DNA from: a virus
Lineage: Duplodnaviria; Caudoviricetes
Strand: one strand, 5' to 3'
Virus record (IMG/VR): IMGVR_UViG_3300007630_000016
Coordinates: 1-31,501 of that record
DNA: 31,501 nt
Below are positions 8,895 to 18,399 of this stretch, in pieces. Made by a program: the position numbers and the translations under genes. Position 1 is the first letter of the stretch. Every line of letters begins with the position of its first letter. The notes under the pieces are model-generated. The model saw only the letters and a list, made by a program, of their open reading frames with translations, did no database searches and was not told the origin of the DNA.

Positions 8895-10702
8895 TATAAT
8901 AGCCCCATAAATGCGTTTTCTACTAACGCCGTTGTTAATTCAGTGTGCTTTGTAGTTGATAAAGTTTGTGTAAATTTTCCCATCTGGAATCTACTTGATA
9001 TTTGCGTAACTCTATATACCCCAGTAGTAAATGGATCCATACGTCCTCGATGTCTATTGGTAGTATAAGTTACAGATTCGTGCGGTAGGAAGTTTACTAG
9101 TCCTATTAGTGAATCATTTTTAAGAACATCTTGTGCATTTGACAGTGTTCCACCAGACGTGTCTGTTCCAGGCAGTCCCATCCAGAACGGATCACCCTTA
9201 ATGGTTATCTGTAAATTAATTACCTTATTAAATTGTCCAAAATATTCTTTTGCTTCAGTAGTAACAACAGGATCAACTGATCCTGTTGTTTCTGAAACAC
9301 GTTGTCTATATGCACTAGCATTTGTATAATCATAGACAGGTGTTATTAACCCTCTAATCCGCGGAACAACTGTCCTGCCAGATAAAAATCCACCAGCTGA
9401 CCTGATTGCTGGTTCTGCCACCTGTGGTTGAAAATCCTGTGCAGGATTTGTATAATTCAATCCGCTAGATGGTGCTTTGGCAGAAAAATAAAGCATGTCA
9501 TAGTTTAAATCTAGATTTAAAATTTCAGTATTATCACCGCTAAACAAATAACTATACCTCTTAGCCATAAACTGACGCATTTGTTGAAATAAACGAGCTT
9601 GACGGTATGGATCTGTCCTATAGCTAACTTCATCAGATGGTACTTCAGAATCGGGCCTGGTCATTGAATAAAATAACTCAACTGTATATACTATTGTATC
9701 TATACGCTGTAGTGTGTGCGGATCTATATCTGTCGTTGTCCCATATTCTATATCCATGTTAACAACAATATATGGATATGCGTTCTGCGAGAATCCCTCT
9801 GATCGAGCCGCACCTGATAACCTAGTCTGCGTTGCGATTCTTAACATTTCTTGATATGCTGGTATTTCTTTAGTCAATGTGTCTGATATAACAGTAGGTA
9901 CACTGCTATTGACATTGACTGAAAAGGAGAGAGTTTCAGCTTTCTCTAACGCAGTTGCAGTACCATCACTGCTTGATGCTAGGCCAGCAAATTCAGCATT
10001 AGCTAAAGCACTTGCAAATCTTGATCCCATTCTTATTGAATGTTTACGTCCAGGTTCAGTTATATCATTCTGGTCGCTTTTTCTGATGTCTGATTCGTAT
10101 TGGTTTAATCTAGATTGTAAATTATTTAGGTAGTCACTTACTGTTCTTACACCAGTAAAACTAATGTCTGTCTCTACACGGGCTTGCGTTAGTGCTATGG
10201 ATGGATTCATTACAGCGGTAATGTTATATCTGGCGCCATCAGGGCCAACAGATGCACTTATTGCGTTTAAACGTATTGGATAGAAAAATATACCAGGGTA
10301 AAATGCAAATGATCCTGTAACAGGGTTCCTGCCTTTGAATTCTAATTTTAAAACAAACGCCGCGTCTGTTATGTTGTTAAATCCAAAATCACTACTAACA
10401 GATAACACGCGGTCCAATAAGTCAAATCCTAATACCTCTGTTATATCAAAGTTTATATTAGAAATCTGTACGTTTCCACTTCGTTCTCCTGGAACAAGTG
10501 TTGAAGTAAAGACAACGTTGTCTATATTATATGTTGTTTCAGAACCTGACTTCGCAATTATGTAAGCTCTACCAGTGTTAAGAAATGATGAATCATTTGA
10601 TAACTGCTCTGGAGCATTTGCAACTTCTGCTTTTACAAGATATAATGTAAAATTGTAAGTTGGGCTGTTAACTGTTGATAGCCAATTTTCTGATATAGTC
10701 AT
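8894..10702 (-). CDS. Baseplate hub protein (gp27/late-control-D-like)
   Basis: C-terminal ITIKGDPFW...GVYRVTQISSRFQMGKFTQTL resembles hub proteins; located between LysM/gp53-like and spike genes. Confidence 0.65.
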   Translation of the reverse strand: MTISENWLSTVNSPTYNFTLYLVKAEVANAPEQLSNDSSFLNTGRAYIIAKSGSETTYNIDNVVFTSTLVPGERSGNVQISNINFDITEVLGFDLLDRVLSVSSDFGFNNITDAAFVLKLEFKGRNPVTGSFAFYPGIFFYPIRLNAISASVGPDGARYNITAVMNPSIALTQARVETDISFTGVRTVSDYLNNLQSRLNQYESDIRKSDQNDITEPGRKHSIRMGSRFASALANAEFAGLASSSDGTATALEKAETLSFSVNVNSSVPTVISDTLTKEIPAYQEMLRIATQTRLSGAARSEGFSQNAYPYIVVNMDIEYGTTTDIDPHTLQRIDTIVYTVELFYSMTRPDSEVPSDEVSYRTDPYRQARLFQQMRQFMAKRYSYLFSGDNTEILNLDLNYDMLYFSAKAPSSGLNYTNPAQDFQPQVAEPAIRSAGGFLSGRTVVPRIRGLITPVYDYTNASAYRQRVSETTGSVDPVVTTEAKEYFGQFNKVINLQITIKGDPFWMGLPGTDTSGGTLSNAQDVLKNDSLIGLVNFLPHESVTYTTNRHRGRMDPFTTGVYRVTQISSRFQMGKFTQTLSTTKHTELTTALVENAFMGLL

Positions 10703-10992
10703 TATCCAAACCTTGTCGGTACTGTTATCTTCATTCCGCCTACGAAATCAATAATTGGATCAACTAGTATATCAGGATTATATTCTGCGAAAACCCACCA
10801 TAGTTTTGCATTACCATAAAGATGGTATGCTAATAAGTCTGGACGCTGATTATATTTGTTTTCAACAACAATATCCTGCAACTCATAATCATTAATGTCT
10901 CCTACGATAGGAGATACATATATATCCAAATATTTGTTATCAACTATAGAAGTATTTCTATAATTACTTCCTGGATCGTACTTGGTTGCCAT
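10702..10992 (-). CDS. gp53: Baseplate wedge protein, gp53/LysM-like (96 aa)
   Basis: RPDLLAYHLYGNAKLWWVFAEYN is the gp53/tail-X LysM-like signature. Confidence 0.8.
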   Translation of the reverse strand: MATKYDPGSNYRNTSIVDNKYLDIYVSPIVGDINDYELQDIVVENKYNQRPDLLAYHLYGNAKLWWVFAEYNPDILVDPIIDFVGGMKITVPTRFG

Positions 10993-11594
10993 TAAATAAA
11001 TCCTCTCTTTAGTCCGTTGCCACTTTTATAGTTAGTTAAACTATAAGAACGTTTGACTGTGCTTGGTGGATACTGTACCCCTAAATCTAAACTTACGATA
11101 AAGATAGTAGGCAGTGATACTTCACCAACTGCTGAATTGAAAGTAACATAGTCAGATTCTTCAGTTAATGTGTAGGTAAATGATTTTACTACTACTGGAA
11201 CATTTTGCACATGTAGGGCGCCATATGCACTAAAATTCATTACGTGTGGTGGGACCCCCGCACGTGATGAAAATGTTCCGCCAAATTCTGGTTTAGTTGC
11301 AGCTTTAAAAAAGTGCAGTGCAGCGGCGCTGTATGCCGCTTCTCCAGTTGTTTGAGCAGTGAATGTTGCTGTTACACTTATACTGGGATTAGGTGTGTTA
11401 ATAAAGTATTGTTGTTGATATACGCTGTGCGTGATATCATATGTTCCATAGTTAGCGGCATGACCTAATTGTATAGTTGGAGTATAAGGGAATGTAACTC
11501 CGTTTGTTTGGCGAAGCGGAGCCAATAATCCACTGAATCCAAAACTAGGACAAGTTAAACGTACTTTTTGGCTACTGCTTACGCCGCTTACCAT
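10992..11594 (-). CDS. Baseplate tail-tube initiator-like protein (gp48/gp54-type)
   Basis: FPYTPTI, PPH.MNFSAYG...NVPVVVKSFTYT resemble tube-fold baseplate proteins; synteny with gp53-like gene. Confidence 0.6.
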   Translation of the reverse strand: MVSGVSSSQKVRLTCPSFGFSGLLAPLRQTNGVTFPYTPTIQLGHAANYGTYDITHSVYQQQYFINTPNPSISVTATFTAQTTGEAAYSAAALHFFKAATKPEFGGTFSSRAGVPPHVMNFSAYGALHVQNVPVVVKSFTYTLTEESDYVTFNSAVGEVSLPTIFIVSLDLGVQYPPSTVKRSYSLTNYKSGNGLKRGFI

Positions 11595-12202
11595 TATTTC
11601 AATCTCTCTTCAATAAAGTTGAATACTTCTTGGTCAAACTTACCAAAAAATTGTTGGAAAACTCGCTTCTTTTCTTCAGGCGCTGCATCGCTTGCCATAG
11701 TATTACGGAAGTCTGTTGCGCTCATACCACCTTGCTCTACTGGCATTTTTACAAAGTATGCACGATTCTCATCAGCAGCTTGTAGTTCATCATTTGAGTC
11801 TGGTAGTGGTGCAAGTGCGCCACCGCTCATCAAACGGTCATCATCTTTCTCACTAAACGCCAGTACAACCGCAGTTTCATTTGGCTTGCGGCCCGCTAGC
11901 TCTACGTTTGGACGATAAGGACTTGTGTTTAGTATGTGGTTACTTGGAATACCAAACATCTTGCTAATAATACCCGCCTTCTCTTCAAAGCTGAATGGAT
12001 TTTTGGTGTAATCGCCGTTCGAGTGTTGTTTTTGCGCATCCTTACTAAAGGTTGTAGCAATAAATACATTGTCTGCGCCAAAGCGTGACACTAGCTTTTT
12101 ATACAATGCAAAGTGTCCTTGGTGCATAGGCTGGAAACGCCCGCCGTAAAACACGGTGACGTTGTTAGTCATACTTTCAGTTATAAGGTCATGATAGCGC
12201 AT
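11594..12202 (-). CDS. HxGH nucleotidyltransferase (cytidylyltransferase / NMNAT / CoaD-like)
   Basis: YGGRFQPMHQGH, NPFSFEEK and MSATDFR (SxT/SxxR) motifs. Start at ATG 12202 with AGGAGA RBS. Confidence 0.85.
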   Translation of the reverse strand: MRYHDLITESMTNNVTVFYGGRFQPMHQGHFALYKKLVSRFGADNVFIATTFSKDAQKQHSNGDYTKNPFSFEEKAGIISKMFGIPSNHILNTSPYRPNVELAGRKPNETAVVLAFSEKDDDRLMSGGALAPLPDSNDELQAADENRAYFVKMPVEQGGMSATDFRNTMASDAAPEEKKRVFQQFFGKFDQEVFNFIEERLK

Positions 12203-12222
12203 CTGAGTTCTCCTGTATATTG

Positions 12223-12229
12223 TATTTAT
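12223..12229 (-). promoter_or_regulatory. Putative late promoter (ATAAATA) driving the baseplate operon
   Basis: Motif lies just upstream of the RBS of the first minus-strand gene. Confidence 0.65.
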
Positions 12230-12245
12230 TACCACAGAATACCGG

Positions 12246-12273
12246 TTGACAACGATGTTGTAAATGTTATACT
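12246..12273 (+). promoter_or_regulatory. Sigma70-type early promoter for gp55-gp47-gp46
   Basis: TTGACA (12246-12251), 16-nt spacer, TATACT (12268-12273) with extended -10 TG; AGGAG RBS follows. Confidence 0.8.
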
Positions 12274-12299
12274 GAAAGTTAATAGGAGAACCATTTTGA

Positions 12300-13139
12300 A
12301 TGGCACGATCAACAACACATTACCTTTCTAACAAAGAATTATTAAAAGAAATCCACAACAGCAAGATGAGCTACTGCTGGGTAAAGGATGAAAAATACTT
12401 TTACTACGATTACATTGTAAATTCACTAAACGAAATTACTCCAGAAACAATACAACTAGCAAAAGAAAGTCGCGCAGCACGTTTGCAAAAAAATGCCTAT
12501 GATGCTGAAGTTAAAGCCTGGGAAAATGGCTTAACTGGTAAAAAGACAAAACCACGTGCTGCTGACTTTTCAGTAGACTTGGAGTCTATTGCTGACACAG
12601 ATGTTGTTTTTAGGCTTATGACATTTGGACACGTACCAGAAGAAAAGCGCAAAACTAATCCAAAAACTGAAGCTGATAACTATTCCAAATGTAACTTCCC
12701 ACCATACAAGCATATTTCACTAGTAGACGGTGATCTAACTGAAGTTGCACGTAGTCACTGGCAAGGCGGAATAGACAACGGTCACTTTAGCGTTGAACAT
12801 GGTAAAACAAACAATCGTTTAGCTAGTATGTATATCAAGCTATGTGAGCGTTATAGTATGCGTGGCAACTGGCGTGGCTATACTTACGTAGATGAAATGC
12901 GTGGACAAGCACTACTACAGCTAACACAAATTGGATTGCAGTTTAATGAAGCTAAGAGTCAGAACCCTTTTGCGTATTACACCGCAGCAATCAACAACAG
13001 CTTTACACGTGTTCTCAACTTAGAGAAGCGTGGACAAAACATTAGAGACGACCTGTTAGAACAAGCAGGTTTAGACCCAAGTTCAACCAGACTGTTTAGT
13101 GCAGAATGGGAAGCAATGCAACGAGATAATCTAGAGTAA
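12300..13139 (+). CDS. gp55: Late-transcription sigma factor, T4 gp55-like
   Basis: HYLSNKELL; NWRGYTYVDEM...FNEAKSQNPFAYYT..INNSF.R.L..EK; T4-like 55-47-46 order. Confidence 0.88.
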   Translation: MARSTTHYLSNKELLKEIHNSKMSYCWVKDEKYFYYDYIVNSLNEITPETIQLAKESRAARLQKNAYDAEVKAWENGLTGKKTKPRAADFSVDLESIADTDVVFRLMTFGHVPEEKRKTNPKTEADNYSKCNFPPYKHISLVDGDLTEVARSHWQGGIDNGHFSVEHGKTNNRLASMYIKLCERYSMRGNWRGYTYVDEMRGQALLQLTQIGLQFNEAKSQNPFAYYTAAINNSFTRVLNLEKRGQNIRDDLLEQAGLDPSSTRLFSAEWEAMQRDNLE

Positions 13140-13151
13140 GAGCAGTAATAC

Positions 13152-14177
13152 ATGATGTTTGATGAAGCGGTGTTGTTCACCGATATCCACTTTGGTATGA
13201 AAAATAATAGTCGTCAACATAACGACGATTGTGAACAATTTATATATTGGATGATTGACGAAGCACACCAGCGAGGTATTCGCAAGTGTTTCTTCCTGGG
13301 TGACTGGCACCATAATCGTGCTAGCATTAACGTCAGTACACTTAACTACACTACCAGTAATCTGCAACGATTGAACGATGCGTTTGATGAAGTCATTATG
13401 ATTACTGGCAACCACGACTTATATTACAGAGAGAAACGTGAGATTCACAGTATTCCAATGGTGGATCGTTACAAGAATATTCGTATGATCAATGATGGGA
13501 TCTACGAAGAAGATGGCGTTGCTTTCGTTCCCTGGCTTGTTGAAGATGAATGGAAACGGCTCAAAGAGCTAAAATCGAAGTTTATTTTCGGCCATTTTGA
13601 ACTTCCTAATTTTTATATGAACGCTATGGTTCAGATGCCAGATCATGGACATGGTTTAAAGGCTGAAGACATGGCTAAAGCGGAAAAAGTGTTTTCAGGA
13701 CACTTCCACAAGCGACAGGAACGCGGCAACGTCATCTACATGGGTAATGCCTTCCCACACAACTTCAGTGATGCGTGGGATGATGCTCGTGGGCTAGTGT
13801 TCCTAAAGTGGGACGGCACTGTAGAGTATAAAACTTGGCCAGGTGCACCAAAATATCGCAGCATTGCACTCAGCAAACTTATTGACAATCCTGACGAAAT
13901 ATTGTCTAATAACACTTATTGCCGCATTAGTTTAGATGTTCCTATCAGCTATGAAGAAGCTAACTTTATCAAGGAAACATTTGCAAAGCAGTACGATCTT
14001 CGTGAGATTGCACTAATGCCCAGCAAGAAGGATGACTTGTCACAGGAATGGCAAGGCAGTGGAGATATTGAGATTGAGAACGTTGACAGTATTGTGCTAA
14101 CGCAACTTAAAGCTATTGAAAGCACAACTATTCGCAACAGTTTACTAATTGATATCTATAATGGACTAAACAAATAA
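13152..14177 (+). CDS. gp47: Recombination endonuclease, Mre11/SbcD-like
   Basis: Metallophosphoesterase motifs DIHFG, LGDWHH, GNHD, GHFE, SGHFH. Confidence 0.93.
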   Translation: MMFDEAVLFTDIHFGMKNNSRQHNDDCEQFIYWMIDEAHQRGIRKCFFLGDWHHNRASINVSTLNYTTSNLQRLNDAFDEVIMITGNHDLYYREKREIHSIPMVDRYKNIRMINDGIYEEDGVAFVPWLVEDEWKRLKELKSKFIFGHFELPNFYMNAMVQMPDHGHGLKAEDMAKAEKVFSGHFHKRQERGNVIYMGNAFPHNFSDAWDDARGLVFLKWDGTVEYKTWPGAPKYRSIALSKLIDNPDEILSNNTYCRISLDVPISYEEANFIKETFAKQYDLREIALMPSKKDDLSQEWQGSGDIEIENVDSIVLTQLKAIESTTIRNSLLIDIYNGLNK

Positions 14178-15952
14178 TGCTTAAAGTTAAAAATATTACT
14201 GTGAAGAATTTCATGAGTGTTGGTAACGTCACACAAGCCGTACAGTTTGATAATGCTGGGCTTACACTGGTGTTGGGCAACAACATGGACTTGGGTGGCG
14301 ATGGTTCACGTAATGGTACTGGTAAAACAACTATCATTAACGCATTGAGCTTCGCACTTTACGGTAACGCACTATACAACATTAAAAAAGATAACCTTGT
14401 AAACAAGACAAACAACAAGCAAATGCTTGTAACTTGTGAGTTTCAAAAGGATGGCGTCAACTATCGTATTGAACGTGGACGCAAGCCCAACGTGTTCAAG
14501 TTTATTGTTGATGATATTGATAATACAGCCGATGGCACTGATGAAATGCAGGGCGAGGGTAGGCTAAGTCAGGAAGCTATTGAACGTGTACTGGGTATGA
14601 GTCACACCATGTTCAAGCATATTCTAGCACTTAACACATACACTGAACCATTCTTGAGTATGCGGGCTAACGAGCAACGCGAACTTATTGAGCAGCTACT
14701 TGGCATTACACAGCTCAGTGAAAAAGCTGACATTCTAAAAGAACTAGTTAAAGCTACTAAGGATGCAGTACAGGAAGAAACATACAAGATTCGTGCTATT
14801 GAAGAAGCTAATGAACGTATTGGCGGTACTATCAAAGATTTGGAACGCCGTCAGCGTGTTTGGATCGCTAACAAAGAAAAAGCTATTGTTGACTTGGGTG
14901 TTGAACTACTAGCACTAGAACACATTGATGTTGATGCTGAACTAAAAGCACACACAGCTTATGATGCTTGGCAGGATCGTAAAACACAGTTTGATACACT
15001 TACAAGTGAAGTTGCAAAACTTACTACTGCCAAAGAACGTGAAACAAAACGTCTGGTTAAGGCTGAGGAAGATTTGGCGGCGGCACTTGAACACAAATGT
15101 TATGCGTGTGGACAAGAACTACATGACGATGCTCATGATAAAATCGTTGCAACAAAAACTGAACTCGTTGCAGAAAGCAAGGGTATTGTTGCAGACATAG
15201 AAAAATCATTGCACGATTATAAAAGCGGTCTTGAACTTATTGGTGAAGTTGGGCCTGCTCCGCGGCTACACTACAACACTTTACAAGAAGCATACGAGCA
15301 TCAGAACAAACTAAGTAAAATTAAAACAGATATTGAACGCAAAGAATCAGAAACTGATCCTTACGAGGAACAAATTCAACTTATGCGTGAAACTGGATTA
15401 CAAGAAGTTGACTGGAACGAAGTAAACCGGTTGGACGATTTAAAAGAGCATCAGGAATTCTTGCTTAAACTGCTTACTAGCAAAGACAGTTTTATCCGTA
15501 AAAAGATTATTGAACAGAACTTGAGTTTCCTAAACAATCGTCTGGAATACTATATCACTAAACTTGGACTTCCGCATGAAGTTCAATTCCAGAGCGATCT
15601 GAGCGTAAGTATTACACAGCTTGGCCAAGATCTTGACTTTGATAACCTTTCACGTGGTGAACGCAACCGTCTAATTCTAGGACTTAGCTGGGCGTTCCGT
15701 GATGTGTTTGAGAGTATGAACCACCCTGTTAACTTAATGTGTATTGACGAACTTGTTGACAGTGGAATGGACACTGTAGGTGTTGAAAGTGCGCTGAGTG
15801 TTCTCAAGAAAATGGAACGTGACCGCAGCAAGAGCATCCTGCTTATCAGCCACCGTGACGAACTTGTTGGGCGTGTTAACAACGTACTACAAGTTACAAA
15901 GGAAAATGGTTTCACTACTTTTAACACTGAAATCGAGGTTATCGATGCGTAA
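14177..15952 (+). CDS. gp46: Recombination ATPase, Rad50/SbcC-like
   Basis: Walker A NGTGKTT, coiled coil with CYAC zinc hook, LSRGE signature, Walker B CIDE, ISH. Confidence 0.95.
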   Translation: MLKVKNITVKNFMSVGNVTQAVQFDNAGLTLVLGNNMDLGGDGSRNGTGKTTIINALSFALYGNALYNIKKDNLVNKTNNKQMLVTCEFQKDGVNYRIERGRKPNVFKFIVDDIDNTADGTDEMQGEGRLSQEAIERVLGMSHTMFKHILALNTYTEPFLSMRANEQRELIEQLLGITQLSEKADILKELVKATKDAVQEETYKIRAIEEANERIGGTIKDLERRQRVWIANKEKAIVDLGVELLALEHIDVDAELKAHTAYDAWQDRKTQFDTLTSEVAKLTTAKERETKRLVKAEEDLAAALEHKCYACGQELHDDAHDKIVATKTELVAESKGIVADIEKSLHDYKSGLELIGEVGPAPRLHYNTLQEAYEHQNKLSKIKTDIERKESETDPYEEQIQLMRETGLQEVDWNEVNRLDDLKEHQEFLLKLLTSKDSFIRKKIIEQNLSFLNNRLEYYITKLGLPHEVQFQSDLSVSITQLGQDLDFDNLSRGERNRLILGLSWAFRDVFESMNHPVNLMCIDELVDSGMDTVGVESALSVLKKMERDRSKSILLISHRDELVGRVNNVLQVTKENGFTTFNTEIEVIDA

Positions 15953-16172
15953 TGAAAAACCATACCAGTGGCTATCATGGCTAGCAACATGCATAGTATT
16001 AGCCGCTGCAATTCTTGCTAGTTTTGTTCCTGGAATGCATTTGCACCATTACTTTTTTGTGGCTGGAAATACTTTATGGATCATTGTAGGATTACTGTGG
16101 CGAGAGAATTCAATTCTTTGGTTTAACGTAGGTTTGACAGTGATTTACTTACTGGGGATGATAGCTATATAA
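15945..16172 (+). CDS. Small membrane protein (75 aa, 2-3 TM helices)
   Basis: ATG 15945 after GAGG RBS; hydrophobic WLATCIVLAAAILASF, FFVAGNTLWIIVGLLW, FNVGLTVIYLLGM. Confidence 0.7.
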   Translation: MRNEKPYQWLSWLATCIVLAAAILASFVPGMHLHHYFFVAGNTLWIIVGLLWRENSILWFNVGLTVIYLLGMIAI

Positions 16173-16240
16173 GATCTATTCTATTTTGGACGAACGGTTC
16201 TAATATCATAAGTATATTTAACAACAGATAACTACATAAA

Positions 16241-16549
16241 ATGACACAAGCTAACAATGATAAATACATTTACGAATCACCTGATGGTGGCAAGACCGTC
16301 ACTCGTCGTCTTTTTGGAAGCAATATAAGAGAATTGATGAATGATGCTGACATTGACATTAACGATGCCATACTGATAAATGTAGGATATTCTTCTGGCC
16401 CTATAACTTTCAACAAAGATGGAAGCATATCTGTCTTTAAGGATGACAAAGAATTATGGGACATACCAGTGGACTTGTACTCAACGAAAGTTAGAACGCT
16501 GTTGTCTGTAGATATACTACAACAGCTTAAAAAATTAATTTATGAATAA
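16241..16549 (+). CDS. Hypothetical protein with YESPDGGKTV motif
   Basis: 102-aa ORF overlapping the next gene; the motif resembles small proteins of T4-like aquatic phages. Confidence 0.65.
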   Translation: MTQANNDKYIYESPDGGKTVTRRLFGSNIRELMNDADIDINDAILINVGYSSGPITFNKDGSISVFKDDKELWDIPVDLYSTKVRTLLSVDILQQLKKLIYE

Positions 16550-17291
16550 TAAAATGAGTATTAACAATATAACGCCATGGCGTGATGTTATAGACACCGT
16601 AAAATACAGTAAGTCATTAGATTCTTGGTATAATGATTTTCCTATTCTACCTTATAACGTATTCAAACTACCAGAAAATTATAGTTTTGATATTCATGAG
16701 ATGCGTGACCAAATTAATAACATAATGTCTAACACATCAACACTTTCTGTCAAAAGAGATAACGATGGAAGAAGATATGGTAGATACAAAGGACTTGGAT
16801 TCTTTTCTCGTAAAGAAAGTAAAAGCCCGTTGGAGGATCATTTTATAAGAAGAGACACGGATCTAGGAGAAGTATATTCTGATAATTTGTATATGAATGA
16901 CAGGCTTCCAAATCTGTATGAAAACGATTTTACTGAAAAGACTTCTATATACAATGATTATTTTAATACTATTTTTTCTAAATTTAGAAGTAGTATATCA
17001 AAAGCAAGTATACTAGAATTAAAAAATAAAGGATTTTTAGCCAGCCACGTTGACTTTCCTTATTATAAAGGCATAAGACTTCATGCTACAATATCAGGAG
17101 GAGAGAACGCATACTATGAAATAGCTGGTGAAAAATTCCAGATACCTGCAGATGGTAATTGGTATTTCATTGACACTGGAAAATATCATAGTGTATGGAA
17201 TGAAGGTCCAGAAGATAGAATTACAATAAATGTAAACTTATCAGGAATTTTATCTGATCCCGAAACATTAGCTAGGAATCTAGAACTATGA
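16542..17291 (+). CDS. 2OG-Fe(II) oxygenase, aspartyl/asparaginyl beta-hydroxylase-like
   Basis: HVD...RLH...DTGKYHSVWNEGPEDRI: HxD...H triad and the N...R strand. Confidence 0.8.
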   Translation: MNNKMSINNITPWRDVIDTVKYSKSLDSWYNDFPILPYNVFKLPENYSFDIHEMRDQINNIMSNTSTLSVKRDNDGRRYGRYKGLGFFSRKESKSPLEDHFIRRDTDLGEVYSDNLYMNDRLPNLYENDFTEKTSIYNDYFNTIFSKFRSSISKASILELKNKGFLASHVDFPYYKGIRLHATISGGENAYYEIAGEKFQIPADGNWYFIDTGKYHSVWNEGPEDRITINVNLSGILSDPETLARNLEL

Positions 17292-17797
17292 CTAAAGAAT
17301 CATTTATTAAAGAATTAAATTTTAAAATTGATGAAGAGTTGTGCTATGATGAAATATCTAACGCAGCAAACTCTGTCTGGATAAGCACAGTAGCAACAGA
17401 AAACGATGGTTTTGAATTTATACGTGATAAAAGCAATTCTAATTTTTTTGTGGGAAAGTTACATAGATTTCCCAAGACATTACTAGAGATACAGAATCAA
17501 AATATTGAATTTAATTTGGAAAAGAGTTATATAACTAAGTGTAATCCTGGATATATATCAACATTACATATTGACAAGGGCAGAACTTCTGCTATAATTA
17601 TACCTATAGGGCGTAATAAAGGCGAGATAATATTCAAACCCGCTAATGATATTGAATACAGACACACATATACTGGGCCTACGTTAACAAAGGTTGACGT
17701 ACCACATGGTCCAATTAATACTTCTGATAGTATAAGATACAGTATTACTTTAGACATACCAGGAAATTATACAGAGAACTATAATAAGAAATGGTAA
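17288..17797 (+). CDS. Putative 2OG-Fe(II) oxygenase / cupin
   Basis: LHIDKGR.SAIIIPI...VDVPHGPIN....RYSITL: HxD...H...R.S pattern. Confidence 0.7.
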   Translation: MTKESFIKELNFKIDEELCYDEISNAANSVWISTVATENDGFEFIRDKSNSNFFVGKLHRFPKTLLEIQNQNIEFNLEKSYITKCNPGYISTLHIDKGRTSAIIIPIGRNKGEIIFKPANDIEYRHTYTGPTLTKVDVPHGPINTSDSIRYSITLDIPGNYTENYNKKW

Positions 17798-17798
17798 T

Positions 17799-18332
17799 AT
17801 GACATCTAAAAGTAAAAACAAAGGCAAAGGATTTGAACGTGATGTTTGCAAAATCCTAGGCAAAATATACGGTGACAATTTTGAACGTGTTCCACATAGT
17901 GGAGCGTTTGTCGGCGGCGTCAATGCTGCACGTAAGAGTACACTTACGGAAAATCAAATCAAGGCATTTAAAGGGGACATCATTCCACCTGATCACTGGA
18001 AGCACTTCAACTGTGAGTGTAAAAATTATAAGGATTTCCCCTTCCATCATCTACTACAAAACAAAGCAATTCCATTACTTGAATCCTGGCTCGAACAAAC
18101 ACTAGACGCACATGACAACAGAGATATTGATCTACTTTTTATGAAGTTTGATCGCAAAGGCATATATTTGGCATTTCCTAAACGGCACAAAACAAAATTT
18201 TTCTTAGACAGGCACATTACATATCAAAGCGAAAATCATGGCCACTGGACAATTACATTCTGGGAAGACTTTAAGGCTACAAAAATCAATACAGATGCCA
18301 TAGAAACTATGGCCACCAAAGGCACTGACTAA
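17799..18332 (+). CDS. Holliday junction resolvase-like PD-(D/E)xK nuclease
   Basis: SKNKGKGFERDV...GDII...ECKNY (Hjc-type). Confidence 0.82.
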   Translation: MTSKSKNKGKGFERDVCKILGKIYGDNFERVPHSGAFVGGVNAARKSTLTENQIKAFKGDIIPPDHWKHFNCECKNYKDFPFHHLLQNKAIPLLESWLEQTLDAHDNRDIDLLFMKFDRKGIYLAFPKRHKTKFFLDRHITYQSENHGHWTITFWEDFKATKINTDAIETMATKGTD

Positions 18333-18399
18333 GGCTAATATCTGCCAACACAATCCCCCACACAATACTATTAAAGGCTACTACAAACTAGACATAAGG

